Assembly (NCBI GenBank): GCA_965197745.1
Contig: CBDANS010000007.1
Coordinates: forward strand, 1,440,001 to 1,504,000
Origin: Opitutales bacterium
Lineage (GTDB): Bacteria > Verrucomicrobiota > Verrucomicrobiia > Opitutales > PNEW01
Direction of reading: 5' to 3'
Length of the DNA stretch: 64,000 nucleotides
The position numbers and the translations under genes are program-made. Shown here piece after piece: positions 32,171 through 41,696 of this stretch. The notes under the pieces are model-generated. The model was not told the DNA's origin, did not search any database, and worked only from the letters and a program-made list of their open reading frames with translations. Within the stretch, counting starts at the first letter, position 1; each line of letters opens with the position of its first letter.

Positions 32171-34987
32171 ATGACCTATTATAAAAAAATGAATGTAATT
32201 CGAATAACACTTGGCATTATAATAACGCTGTTCCTGATTGTCAGCCCACTATACTCAATGGGGAAAGCGAAAAAAGATGCCGAGGAAATGGAAGAGCAAG
32301 AAGTTTGGGTGCAAAAGGGCTTTGAGGAGTTTTCTAAAGGACAATTCGACAATGCAGGGAGCAATCTCTATGTGAATGCCCACGGTGTCATTGAGATGAT
32401 TAATAATCTCGATGTGAATAGTGACGGATACGTAGACCTGGTCCTTGCAAATGATCACGATAGGATTGAACGCGGTCCCACTTGGGCATATTCAACTGAT
32501 CAAGGTCCAGGAGAGAACTGGAAACGTCATGAAATGTCCGCGGATAGCGGATGGATGAGCCGAGTTATCGACGTGGACGGAGATGGACATAACGACTTGG
32601 TGACCGTGAACTCCCAGAACGGAGTCTCTTCGGAATTAGATTCGTATATTTATTGGGGAGGACCTGAGGGTCCTGAAGCGAGCAGAACCGACCTTCCGAC
32701 GATTGGGGCATTTGATGTCACGCCACTTGATATAAACAGTGATGGAAAACTCGACTTACTCTTCCCCTCCGCCTGGATAGACGGTCACAATCCAGCAATA
32801 CCACGATTAGTTCACGTCTACATTCAAGGAGAAAACCGCAAGTTTAAAGATGAAGGGGCGAGATATGGGATGATCGCAACGGGTGCCTTAGGCATCGCAA
32901 CCGGGAATTTGAACAACGATGAATATGAGGATATTGTTCTGGCCAGTTACAGGGTAGGTCAAAGTGACTTAAATACGGAGTCCAAAATTTTCTGGGGAAC
33001 CGCGGATGGGGTAAATACCGAAGAGCCTTTCACTTTACCTACTTACGGAGCGCGGCAGGTTATACTGGCTGACCTTAACCAGGACGGGAGCAAAGACTTG
33101 ACCTTCTGTGGTAGTGCTCAAGTTCGCATCTATTGGAATGAAGGCGGTAAGATTGATCGTGAGAACCCCGTCATTATTGGAGCGAAAGGTCAATCTGGAG
33201 AATTTAGCAGCTCAGTTATTCGCGCTGAAATCGCGGATGTAGATACTGATGGTATCCCTGACCTGCTTATTGCCACTAGCGATGGGGTGCAGATCCGCTC
33301 GGGAGACAACGTGGAAGAAATGAAAACATTAATTGATGTAAAAAACTCTCGATGGGTAACGGCTGCTGATCTCGATGGAGATAGTTTACCGGAATTAATC
33401 ATCAGTAAGAACTTTGAAGAAAATGAATTCGATATTCAATCACCTATCTACTGGAATGGACCGGACGGGTATTCTGACGATAGGACGAGTTGGGTGCATA
33501 CGAAAGGAGTCGTGGGCAACACCGCTGGGGACCTGGATGGTGACGGGAAGCCGGAAGTGATCTTCAATAACGTCCTCGATGGGCATGTGCATAGTGTACC
33601 CTCTTATGTGTATCTGGGAAATGAAAATGCAGAATACAGTGAAGAGAATCGACTCGAATTTCAAACTGCACATAGTTCGATTGCTCTCGTTGCCGATTTG
33701 AATAGCGATGGTTATCCCGAAGTTATTTTTGCGATTTCCAAGGGATTTCGCATTTACAGCGGTGGAGCGAATGGCCCAATAATGAATGAATATATTGATT
33801 TAAATACCGACTTTGACTGTGGTGACCTGAAGGCGGTCGATTTTAATCGAGATGGTTATCTTGATATTCTTGCGGTTGCCGTCGGTGGCAGTCTTGGCGA
33901 GAAGGACCCGGATAGTACTTCTGCTATATTTTATGGAGGCTCCAGCGGATTTACACCTGATAGAAGCGATTCTGATTCATTATACAATAGAGGTGATAAG
34001 TGTGCCGTGGGAGATGTTAATAACGACGGCTATATTGATATCCTATTTCATGATAAGCGAAACTTCATACGCATCTATCTCGGTAACGCTGACGGTTTTT
34101 CTCCGGACCGGAAATGGGAAGTGCCCTGTCATGGTCTGGAAGATTCAGCAGGTGTAAATGTTGCGGATATCAACAGTGACGGGTGGCTGGATATCATTGT
34201 CGGCATCCTCGGCTCCCGCAGACGTCATAAGGACACATTGCGAATTCATTTTGGAAGTCCTGAAGGTTATCAGGAAGATAACATTCAGGAATTGATGTCT
34301 GGATACAGCTCAGTATTTACAGGTATCGCAGATTACAATAATGACGGAAATCTCGATATCCTGGTAACCGCCTATGCTGACCCAATATCGAGAACACCCC
34401 CGGTACAATTGTTTTATGGGGATGGTAATCAGATTGATTTTGATCATCCGGTCAATCTTCCCGGCTATGCCGCTGGTGCGGTGACCCAAGCTGATTTAAA
34501 TAGCGACGGCTGGATAGATATCGCCCTCGCCTGTCATCGCAACGATATTGGACACCAGGTTGATTCATTGATTTACTGGAATAGTCCCAATGGATTTGAC
34601 AAGAATATAGTATCCCGTTTCCCCGGGCTCGGCCCCCACGGGATGACAAGCTATGATCGGGGAAACGCTTTCACCCGGAAGCCCGAAGAGAATTATACTT
34701 CCCCACCCTTCGAGCTGGGGAATCAAATAGCGCGCCGACTCCATTGGGATAGTGAAGAGACGGATCTTCTGAAAATAAAATTCCAGCTCCGATGGAGCGA
34801 ATCGGAAACAGGTCTTGAAGACGCAGCCTGGACAGGTCCGGAAGGGGAATCTTCATATTATGAATCCTCCGGTGAAACGATTGAGGGAATACCTGATGAT
34901 TCCCAGTGGTTACAATACAAAGCAACCCTCATTTCACCTTATGGGTGTGGCTCCCCTAAACTTAAAGAAATCAGGATCGACCTCTAA
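32171..34987 (+). CDS. Secreted FG-GAP/VCBS-repeat protein
   Basis: Signal peptide; more than 10 DxN/DxDGxxD repeats followed by IYWG/N. Confidence 0.9.
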   Translation: MTYYKKMNVIRITLGIIITLFLIVSPLYSMGKAKKDAEEMEEQEVWVQKGFEEFSKGQFDNAGSNLYVNAHGVIEMINNLDVNSDGYVDLVLANDHDRIERGPTWAYSTDQGPGENWKRHEMSADSGWMSRVIDVDGDGHNDLVTVNSQNGVSSELDSYIYWGGPEGPEASRTDLPTIGAFDVTPLDINSDGKLDLLFPSAWIDGHNPAIPRLVHVYIQGENRKFKDEGARYGMIATGALGIATGNLNNDEYEDIVLASYRVGQSDLNTESKIFWGTADGVNTEEPFTLPTYGARQVILADLNQDGSKDLTFCGSAQVRIYWNEGGKIDRENPVIIGAKGQSGEFSSSVIRAEIADVDTDGIPDLLIATSDGVQIRSGDNVEEMKTLIDVKNSRWVTAADLDGDSLPELIISKNFEENEFDIQSPIYWNGPDGYSDDRTSWVHTKGVVGNTAGDLDGDGKPEVIFNNVLDGHVHSVPSYVYLGNENAEYSEENRLEFQTAHSSIALVADLNSDGYPEVIFAISKGFRIYSGGANGPIMNEYIDLNTDFDCGDLKAVDFNRDGYLDILAVAVGGSLGEKDPDSTSAIFYGGSSGFTPDRSDSDSLYNRGDKCAVGDVNNDGYIDILFHDKRNFIRIYLGNADGFSPDRKWEVPCHGLEDSAGVNVADINSDGWLDIIVGILGSRRRHKDTLRIHFGSPEGYQEDNIQELMSGYSSVFTGIADYNNDGNLDILVTAYADPISRTPPVQLFYGDGNQIDFDHPVNLPGYAAGAVTQADLNSDGWIDIALACHRNDIGHQVDSLIYWNSPNGFDKNIVSRFPGLGPHGMTSYDRGNAFTRKPEENYTSPPFELGNQIARRLHWDSEETDLLKIKFQLRWSESETGLEDAAWTGPEGESSYYESSGETIEGIPDDSQWLQYKATLISPYGCGSPKLKEIRIDL

Positions 34988-34990
34988 TGA

Positions 34991-35305
34991 ATACGGCTGA
35001 CTGTAGGCGATATCGACGCTGATGGTGATGCAGTACCGCACCTTTTATTTGGATCGGAATCGTTCACCGTACCGGCGAACAATACCGGGTTGCGGATTAC
35101 GGGGGGAGACTTGGTGCAGACAAACGGAACTTCGATCGTAGTTGCGGAGAGTGGATCGACAACGCCCGGATTTGAGATATTGACGACACAGAACAATTTC
35201 AAATCCGACAACACTCCCCAGCCCACGCGGAGCATTGATGCAACGTTCGCCAATGAAGATGGTGATGAAATAATCGTCGACACTGAAGAGCTGACGATCG
35301 AGTAA
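34991..35305 (+). pseudogene. Orphan 3' fragment (104 codons plus stop) of the family's conserved C-terminal domain
   Basis: IRLTVGDIDADGDAVPHLLFG...EELTIE*, starting 3 bp after the FG-GAP stop with no start codon. Confidence 0.88.
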
Positions 35306-35680
35306 TCCTTCAAGGGGTATTACATTAGCATACCTCACCCAAACAAAACGCCCTCACGACTCTACATCGCTCGAGAATACTACTCTATGTTTGTGTTACT
35401 ATCGAATCCCCTCGGGTAAAAAACCCCTCCGCCGCATGTGGTTTTATGAATTGTGAAAATTGCAAGAGGCGTTGCTTCGTGACCCCCGCCCCCCGTCTTA
35501 TTCATTGCAATAGTTTTTGGATTTTTGACGGTTTAAGAGTAGGGTAACTATAAAATGGATGCTTAGAGGAACATGATCAAAGCACCTAAAATAAGGTTTC
35601 AGGAAACTAAATGTGCACCAAAAACGCACCAGACAAAATAATTAAATTAATTTATAATTCCCTAAGTCTTTGCTTATCAA

Positions 35681-35727
35681 TGGTTGGCCCTGCTGGATTC
35701 GAACCAGCGACCAAGGGATTATGAGTC
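35681..35727 (-). other. 3' half of a CAT-anticodon tRNA (Ile2/Met type), att-like remnant
   Basis: Minus strand gactcataatcccttggtcgctggttcgaatccagcagggccaacca; no 5' half upstream. Confidence 0.8.
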
Positions 35728-36342
35728 TCAGCGAGTGATGAGAGTGTTTTTAGGTGTATCGGTGGATTTTTTGAATGGTCTGGTCGCAATAACGCGATTG
35801 CTATTCAGATCTTAAGTTAAAATTTATATCCCAAGCCAAGAATGACTCGCTGTTGCGTTTTATCCACACCGATCGGTAAATTGTTATCAAAATCAATTTT
35901 ATATCTTAGATTGGTAATTAAGCGATTGGATATCTGGGTTTCTAGCCTGGTTAAAAACTTAATGGTCAATGAATCGGTATCCTTAGGATTAATAGAAATA
36001 TCTGACTCCTGATATAAGGTTAATTGTTCGCTGATTGTGTAACGGATACACTGAAAAATATGACCAAGTAATTCCCAATCCTCTGTGATTGTCGGTATAT
36101 TCTGGAATCGGCCACCAAGGCCGGGGGTGGCTTCGACTGGGTGTTGTGGAGGAATAGGAAGGTCGCCGACGTCCGAAGGGCTTCGTTGCGAATCAAAACC
36201 CGATCAGCTTCCGAGCCAGCCGCGGGTGTCGAAGATGTATTTTTGCTCGTGGGTCAGTTCGACTGCGGGTAATCAATCCGCGTTGGTGAGTTCGGACGTT
36301 TTGGATTCATCGATTGTGGGATGGTCTGATGGTCAGCGATGA

Positions 36343-38913
36343 TTAATGTTCGTGTGAATGCCCGTGATCGTGCAGAGGCGTATGTTCGTGGAAGACGCCG
36401 TGCTTGTGCATGCGCTGGTGCAGGCGGTTGTGGGCAGATTCCAGGGTGGCCCGTAATTGCTTGTAGCGCAGAGCTTCGGGCCGGGGGGCCAGGGTGTCGA
36501 CGTAGGCGATGGCGCCTTCGATCTGTTCCAGCACGGTCATGGCGTCTTGTTTGGAGAACAGCGGTTTATCTTCGACGACGACCTGGACGGCGCTGGTGTG
36601 GGCGGCGATTTCGCCGTGCTCGCCCTTATACGAGCCGCGCACGCGCAGGGCCACCCAGGTGGACGAATCGATCTTGACCTGAGCGCTGCCTTCGGCTTCC
36701 AGCGCCTTGTCAAAATTGGTCTGCTCGACGGCCAAGCCGCCGACGATGATTTCCACCTGGTCGATAGGTAGGCCGACCGATTCGACCTTCCAAGATACGG
36801 CGACGTGGCCGCCGGATCCGGGCAGGTCGATACGGCTGCCCGGCGCTTGACCTTCCACTTCAATAGATGCCAGCGGGCCGACGGTGACAAAGGTGTTGCC
36901 GGCTTTCACCGCGTCCATCCAGTTGTCGTAAGTGAGCTCGTGGCCGTTGAGGTTGGCGTAGGTGCGTACGCCGCCCAATTGAGAGCCCGCCGCCATTTTA
37001 TCGGAACCGCCGCAGACCGGCACGTGGTAGCCCAGGTTCAGATAGCGGTACCAGTCGGCCAGGCCGTAGGGGTTGAGCTGGCCGTAGAGCGGGTTGAAGG
37101 TCATCATTTCGACGGCGTGGACCAGACCCAGGACGATATCAGCGGCGCGTTCGCACTGGGGGTTGGGGGCGTGTGGCATGACCACCAGGCCGTTCTGCCT
37201 GATGCACTGTTCGGCCCATTCGGCCATGGTCAGTTCCTGCGGGTCGCCTACGGCCGATTCGGAGGGGCCGCCGGTGCACAACGGGTGGATCATGGCGCCG
37301 GAATAGCCCAGTAGGGAAATGTGGCCCAGCGTCTGCATGCGATTTTCCGAGCCGACGCGCACCAGGAATTCGCCGTTGCCGCCCAGTTCTTTGGCGCCGA
37401 TGGTGGTCTGGCCGTCAAAGTCGGACACGTTGCTGAACATTTCGCCCCACTGGCTAGCCAGCAGGTTGACTACATTGATGCCTTCGCCCTCGCCTTCCAG
37501 GCGGGCGGTGGTCGGCGACAAAAAGTGGACGTGGGTGTCGGCGGTGACCCAGCCCAAGCTGCGCCAGTCCAGCACATGTTCCAGTTCAAAGGTGAGTTCG
37601 TCGGTGTCGGGGGTGACGGTGAAGCTGCTGCGGGTGGGCTGGATCTCGTAGCCGCGGCTGATATGGATAAAGACTTCGCCCAGCGGCAGGTCGGCGACGC
37701 ATTCGCCAGGGACGTAGCAGTACTGGTTATGGCCGGCGATAAACTCGCCGTAGTTATCTTCAAACCAGTTGGCGTTGACCTTGCGGTGGTAGCCCTTGGG
37801 CGGCAGGTATTCGCCGCTCTGACCGTGCAGGTGGAGGCGTGCGGCAACGGGTTGGCCGCTGGCCTTGTCGACGATTTTCAGGGTGACCGGGCGGTGCGCC
37901 GGAGCCACCTCCATGGCGCCGTTAGAACCGGGTAGATCGTAGACCTGGTAGTCGCCGTCGCCGTCGCCGGTGGCGATATAGAGTTTGGCCTTGGGGTGGG
38001 CCGAGTATTCGATGACCACTTCGCGCTCCAGGCGGGTGGGCTGCACGTCGGCGGCGTTGCTTGCCCACGCTTGGGGGTCGTAGTCGAGGACAGCGCGAGA
38101 GGAGATGACGGTGCCTAGGTCGATATCGATGTCGATGTCGTCGAGTTCGTAAATGCCATTTAGCTCCACCCCTTCGGGCAGGGTCAGGCGCATCTTGCGG
38201 CGCACGCCGGGGCGTAAGGGGTGTTCATCTAGCTGGGTCAGGGTGACGGCGTAGATCAGGGCGCGCTCGGTTTGCGGCGTGCAGGTGATTTGGGCAATGG
38301 GTTGGTCTGGGTGCGGGTTAGGCAGGGCGTAGATCCACAGTTTTTCGCCCATGCTGTCGCGCGGCGAGCCGTGGCGGGTTTCGCCGCTGCCGTAATCATG
38401 GCCAATGTTGCCCAACCTATTGTCTTCGGTGTTGGTCAGGAAAACCACCGGCTTCATGGCGGGCAAGGCGGCAAAGGCGCTGGCGCCCCAGCCGATGTGG
38501 CTTTGCTGTATGGTAAAGCGGCGCAGCACCGGCACGCTGAAGGTTTCGCCGTTTTGGTAGTGGAGGGCGTAGTCGGCCACGTGGTCACCCAACTGGTTGC
38601 CGTCCTGGGCGCCTTCAGCAAAGCCTTCCTGGTACTTGGTAGGACGGTCCTCTACCCGGTGCAGGAAGAGGATGTAGCTGGCCTGGGCGCTGCCCGCGTC
38701 CAAGGTGACCGGATCTTTATCAAGCAGCACAACGTTGTCCGCGCCTTGCTGGCCTAAAATGAAAGGGATGCCGAGGAAGTCCTGGGCGCCGAAGGCCTTG
38801 CCGGTATCCTTAAGGGGTGTCAGTGTCAGGCTGCCGTCGAGTTGGTCGCGGTCGGTGTTGAAAGCCGCGTCGAGCACTAGGGGGGCGAAGAGATCGGATG
38901 GGGGGATTTTCAT
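36343..38913 (-). CDS. CehA/McbA-family (PHP-like) metallohydrolase
   Basis: GWVTADTHVH, E.R...LGHISLLG, MPH.P, WYRYLNLG, GGSDK, G.TFVT.GP; His-rich tail; visibly GC-richer than flanks. Confidence 0.82.
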   Translation of the reverse strand: MKIPPSDLFAPLVLDAAFNTDRDQLDGSLTLTPLKDTGKAFGAQDFLGIPFILGQQGADNVVLLDKDPVTLDAGSAQASYILFLHRVEDRPTKYQEGFAEGAQDGNQLGDHVADYALHYQNGETFSVPVLRRFTIQQSHIGWGASAFAALPAMKPVVFLTNTEDNRLGNIGHDYGSGETRHGSPRDSMGEKLWIYALPNPHPDQPIAQITCTPQTERALIYAVTLTQLDEHPLRPGVRRKMRLTLPEGVELNGIYELDDIDIDIDLGTVISSRAVLDYDPQAWASNAADVQPTRLEREVVIEYSAHPKAKLYIATGDGDGDYQVYDLPGSNGAMEVAPAHRPVTLKIVDKASGQPVAARLHLHGQSGEYLPPKGYHRKVNANWFEDNYGEFIAGHNQYCYVPGECVADLPLGEVFIHISRGYEIQPTRSSFTVTPDTDELTFELEHVLDWRSLGWVTADTHVHFLSPTTARLEGEGEGINVVNLLASQWGEMFSNVSDFDGQTTIGAKELGGNGEFLVRVGSENRMQTLGHISLLGYSGAMIHPLCTGGPSESAVGDPQELTMAEWAEQCIRQNGLVVMPHAPNPQCERAADIVLGLVHAVEMMTFNPLYGQLNPYGLADWYRYLNLGYHVPVCGGSDKMAAGSQLGGVRTYANLNGHELTYDNWMDAVKAGNTFVTVGPLASIEVEGQAPGSRIDLPGSGGHVAVSWKVESVGLPIDQVEIIVGGLAVEQTNFDKALEAEGSAQVKIDSSTWVALRVRGSYKGEHGEIAAHTSAVQVVVEDKPLFSKQDAMTVLEQIEGAIAYVDTLAPRPEALRYKQLRATLESAHNRLHQRMHKHGVFHEHTPLHDHGHSHEH

Positions 38914-39061
38914 GGTAGCACCTCAATGGTATGGGCGTTGTATTGGGCCGCGGCAAGAAGCGGGCCTGGTCTGGAGCGGTTGGAGCGGTTGGGCAAGAAG
39001 CTAAGTTAGCAAATGGAGTCTAGCCGGGGCAAATCTAATTTTGCGTGGGAAAATATCCAGA

Positions 39062-39088
39062 TGGGGTGGCTCACCGGATTTGAACCCG
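39062..39088 (-). other. 3' end of a tRNA-His-like gene, att-like remnant
   Basis: Minus strand cgggttcaaatccggtgagccacccca (T-loop plus AGCCACCCCA end). Confidence 0.6.
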
Positions 39089-39752
39089 TTTCTTATCGAC
39101 ACGGCAAGCTTAATCCACTTGGACATATACTAGGCAACCCGCTCTTTTCAAAGTAATTAAGCACGCAATCACCCATTTGATTCATTTATACTATAAGGCA
39201 ACAAAGTGCCCTGAAATGGCGAATTGAGGAACGAAAATTGATACTTTGGTGGTACTTGGCTTAAAGGGGGAGGGGATCACTCACGTTCGTCAGCGCTCAA
39301 AGATTAATTTATTTACCTCCCCAATATAATTTTTGCAAAAAAGCCTTTTTGGAAAATAATTTAAGCGGAACGACTATCACCATAACCGATAGAGAAAAAT
39401 TAAAAGTTTATGAAAAAAATGCACTGTTTTTTATACTCATAAAAAAGCTGGGGTCTTGCGGCGCGACAAAAAATAATTTGGAGAAGTAAGGGGAGCAATC
39501 GAAAGCCGATTAAGCGTGATTTAAGGACCGTTAAACTAGGTTTCATGATAATTGCATAACTGTATAGCCAAAGCGGATCAACACGATTAAGGGTATGTAA
39601 AACGGGTTTAAAGGTTGTTGGTAATGTTAGGTAAAGTTAGGTAAAGCGGAGATATTTATCTGGACATCCTCAACTAATTTAAAGCTTATAAAAATGAGCT
39701 CGAAAGAAAAAATAAATTACCATGAAGAGATGTTTTAAAGAAAGGATAAGTC

Positions 39753-40172
39753 ATGATAGGAACAAAAACCCCCGACTATAGCCCAGAACAAATCCACGAT
39801 CAGTTAAATGTAATCAGCACGCTTGATAATGATGATTTACGCCGAGTACTGTCTGAACCAATTTCCTAATTACCTTATGAAATAGCAAATAAGGTTATAG
39901 AGAAAGTGATTTTTATTGCACCTGAACCTGGACAGAAAGGCGGTTTTATTTCTCCGGAAATAGTAAAAGAATTTATTCAGGGTAGAGCAATAATACATTT
40001 TCTGGAGAGTATATATGACTGGAGTAAAGATGAACAAATGAAAGTAATTTTGCATGAAATAGCCCATTTCCACTTAAATCATAAAGACGGACTTACCCAT
40101 GAAAAATCAATTGAAGAATTCCATCGCCAAGAAAAAGAGGCCTGGGAGCAAGTTGATAAGTGGCGTTCGTAA
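39753..40172 (+). pseudogene. Small HExxH metallopeptidase-like protein with one internal stop
   Basis: ILHEIAHFHL.H...QEKEA; ATG at 39753 is in frame with ORF 39906 but interrupted by TAA near 39867. Confidence 0.5.
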
Positions 40173-40338
40173 TTTTATATTTGAACCGGATCCAATTTCC
40201 ATTCTCATCGTCATTCGGTGACCTTAAAATCCCACACGCTCTGCCTTTATGTTTGGGGCAAGCTATCTATAGTTTAGTATTCTCGAGTGATGAGAGCGTT
40301 TTGATGGGCTGGGATATACTTAGATATCCCATGAAGGA

Positions 40339-40653
40339 TTACTCTATCGTCATCTCTTCCACAGTGACTGTGATATCATTTCTGTCCTCGTTGCTGAAGG
40401 TGACGACAATGCTCTGGGTCGGCTGAGGGGTATTGTCGGATTTAAAATTGTTCTGCGAAATCAATGTATCAAATCCACGTGTAGTCGTTCCACTTTCAGC
40501 TACCACAATCGAGGCACCGTTTGTCTGCGCAATGTCGCCTCCGGTAATCCGCAACCCGGTATTGTTCGCCGGTACGGTGAACGATCCTGATCCAAATAAA
40601 AGGTGCGGTACTGCATCACCATCAGCGTCGATATCGCCTACAGTCAGCCGTAT
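40339..40653 (-). pseudogene. Second orphan 3' fragment of the conserved C-terminal domain
   Basis: Same breakpoint (TAATGAATACGGCTGACT) as the 34991 fragment; ends EEMTIE*. Confidence 0.88.
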
Positions 40654-40656
40654 TCA

Positions 40657-40974
40657 TTAGAGGTCGATCCTGATTTCTTTAAGTTTAGGGGAGCCACACC
40701 CATAAGTTGAAATGAGCGTTGCTTTATATTGTAACCACTGGGCATCTGTCGGAATTCCTTCAATTGTTTCACCGGAAGTTTCATAAAATGACGCCTCCCC
40801 ATCCGGGCCCATCCAGGCTGCGTCTTCAAGACCTGTTTCCGATTCGCTCCATCGGAGCTGGAATTTTATTTTCAGAAGATCCGTCTCTTCACTATCCCAA
40901 TAGAGACGGCGCGCTATTTGATTACCCAGCTCGAAGGGTGGGGAAGTATAATTCTCTTCGGGCTCCCGGGTGAA
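40657..40974 (-). pseudogene. Duplicated 3' end of the FG-GAP protein gene
   Basis: PEENYTSPPFELG...KLKEIRIDL*, a diverged copy of 34670-34987. Confidence 0.9.
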
Positions 40975-41360
40975 TACTGATAATTGCGTTAGCCTGATCA
41001 TGAGGCCCACTCAAAAAAGATTTTACTTCAAGTTCACCTAAATCATTCGCAAGCTTTTCCGTAATCGGCTCAATTTCATTTAAAAATTCCTGCGCTTCTT
41101 CATCTGATGCTTCCGCTAAGAGTTCCTCCAACTTTTTACGGAATTCGATAATAGGATTAATAACTTGCTTTAGCTGACTTACCTGAGATGCTTTCTTTTG
41201 AGCATTCTCGTGATCGTCCCAAAAAGCGGGTTGCCCCATCTCATTTTCGATCTTCGCTATTTCACCAAGTTTACATTCGGCGTCAAAGATACCTCCATAG
41301 GTATCCCGCCCGTCTATTTATTTCATCAATTTTAGAACGTATCTCGGTATCCAGTATCAT
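40961..41360 (-). pseudogene. prfB: 5' fragment of peptide chain release factor 2 with +1 frameshift signal
   Basis: 25 codons then GGAGGTAT CTT TGA C; continues PAFWDD.ENAQK...LSGPHD.ANAIISIHPGA and breaks before the SPF/GGQ motifs. Confidence 0.9.
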
Positions 41361-41696
41361 TTTAGATAAATTATGAGTATTTATAGAATGAATGTAATAA
41401 GCGCTTTTTCAAGTTTTATAATTGCTAGCACTATTCAATTGAGCGCGGAACTACAACAGCCATTTAATCATCGTCTACGTCTGCGTCGTCGTCTTTCTCT
41501 AAAATATTAATAAGATATTTACTAAGTATAAAAATGAAGAAGACTACGACGCAGACGTAGACGATGATTATCGTGAATTACCCTTAAATAAGATCTGACT
41601 ATTCAACCGCATTTAATTCCGACCGACCATTGAGGGTAAATTTTTTCGGCGCCTTTTCACCACTCAAAATGAGACTGGACCCTAGCCAAGAGATTA

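Noticed and set aside
35681..35727. Functional tRNA genes at 35681, 39062, 24701 and 59718
   Set aside because: Only 3' parts are present; no D-arm or matching 5' acceptor strand
36339..39004. Numerous plus-strand and alternate-frame ORFs over the metallohydrolase, and similar ones over the sulfatase and P1-P4
   Set aside because: Shadow ORFs of GC-rich coding sequence with no recognisable motifs
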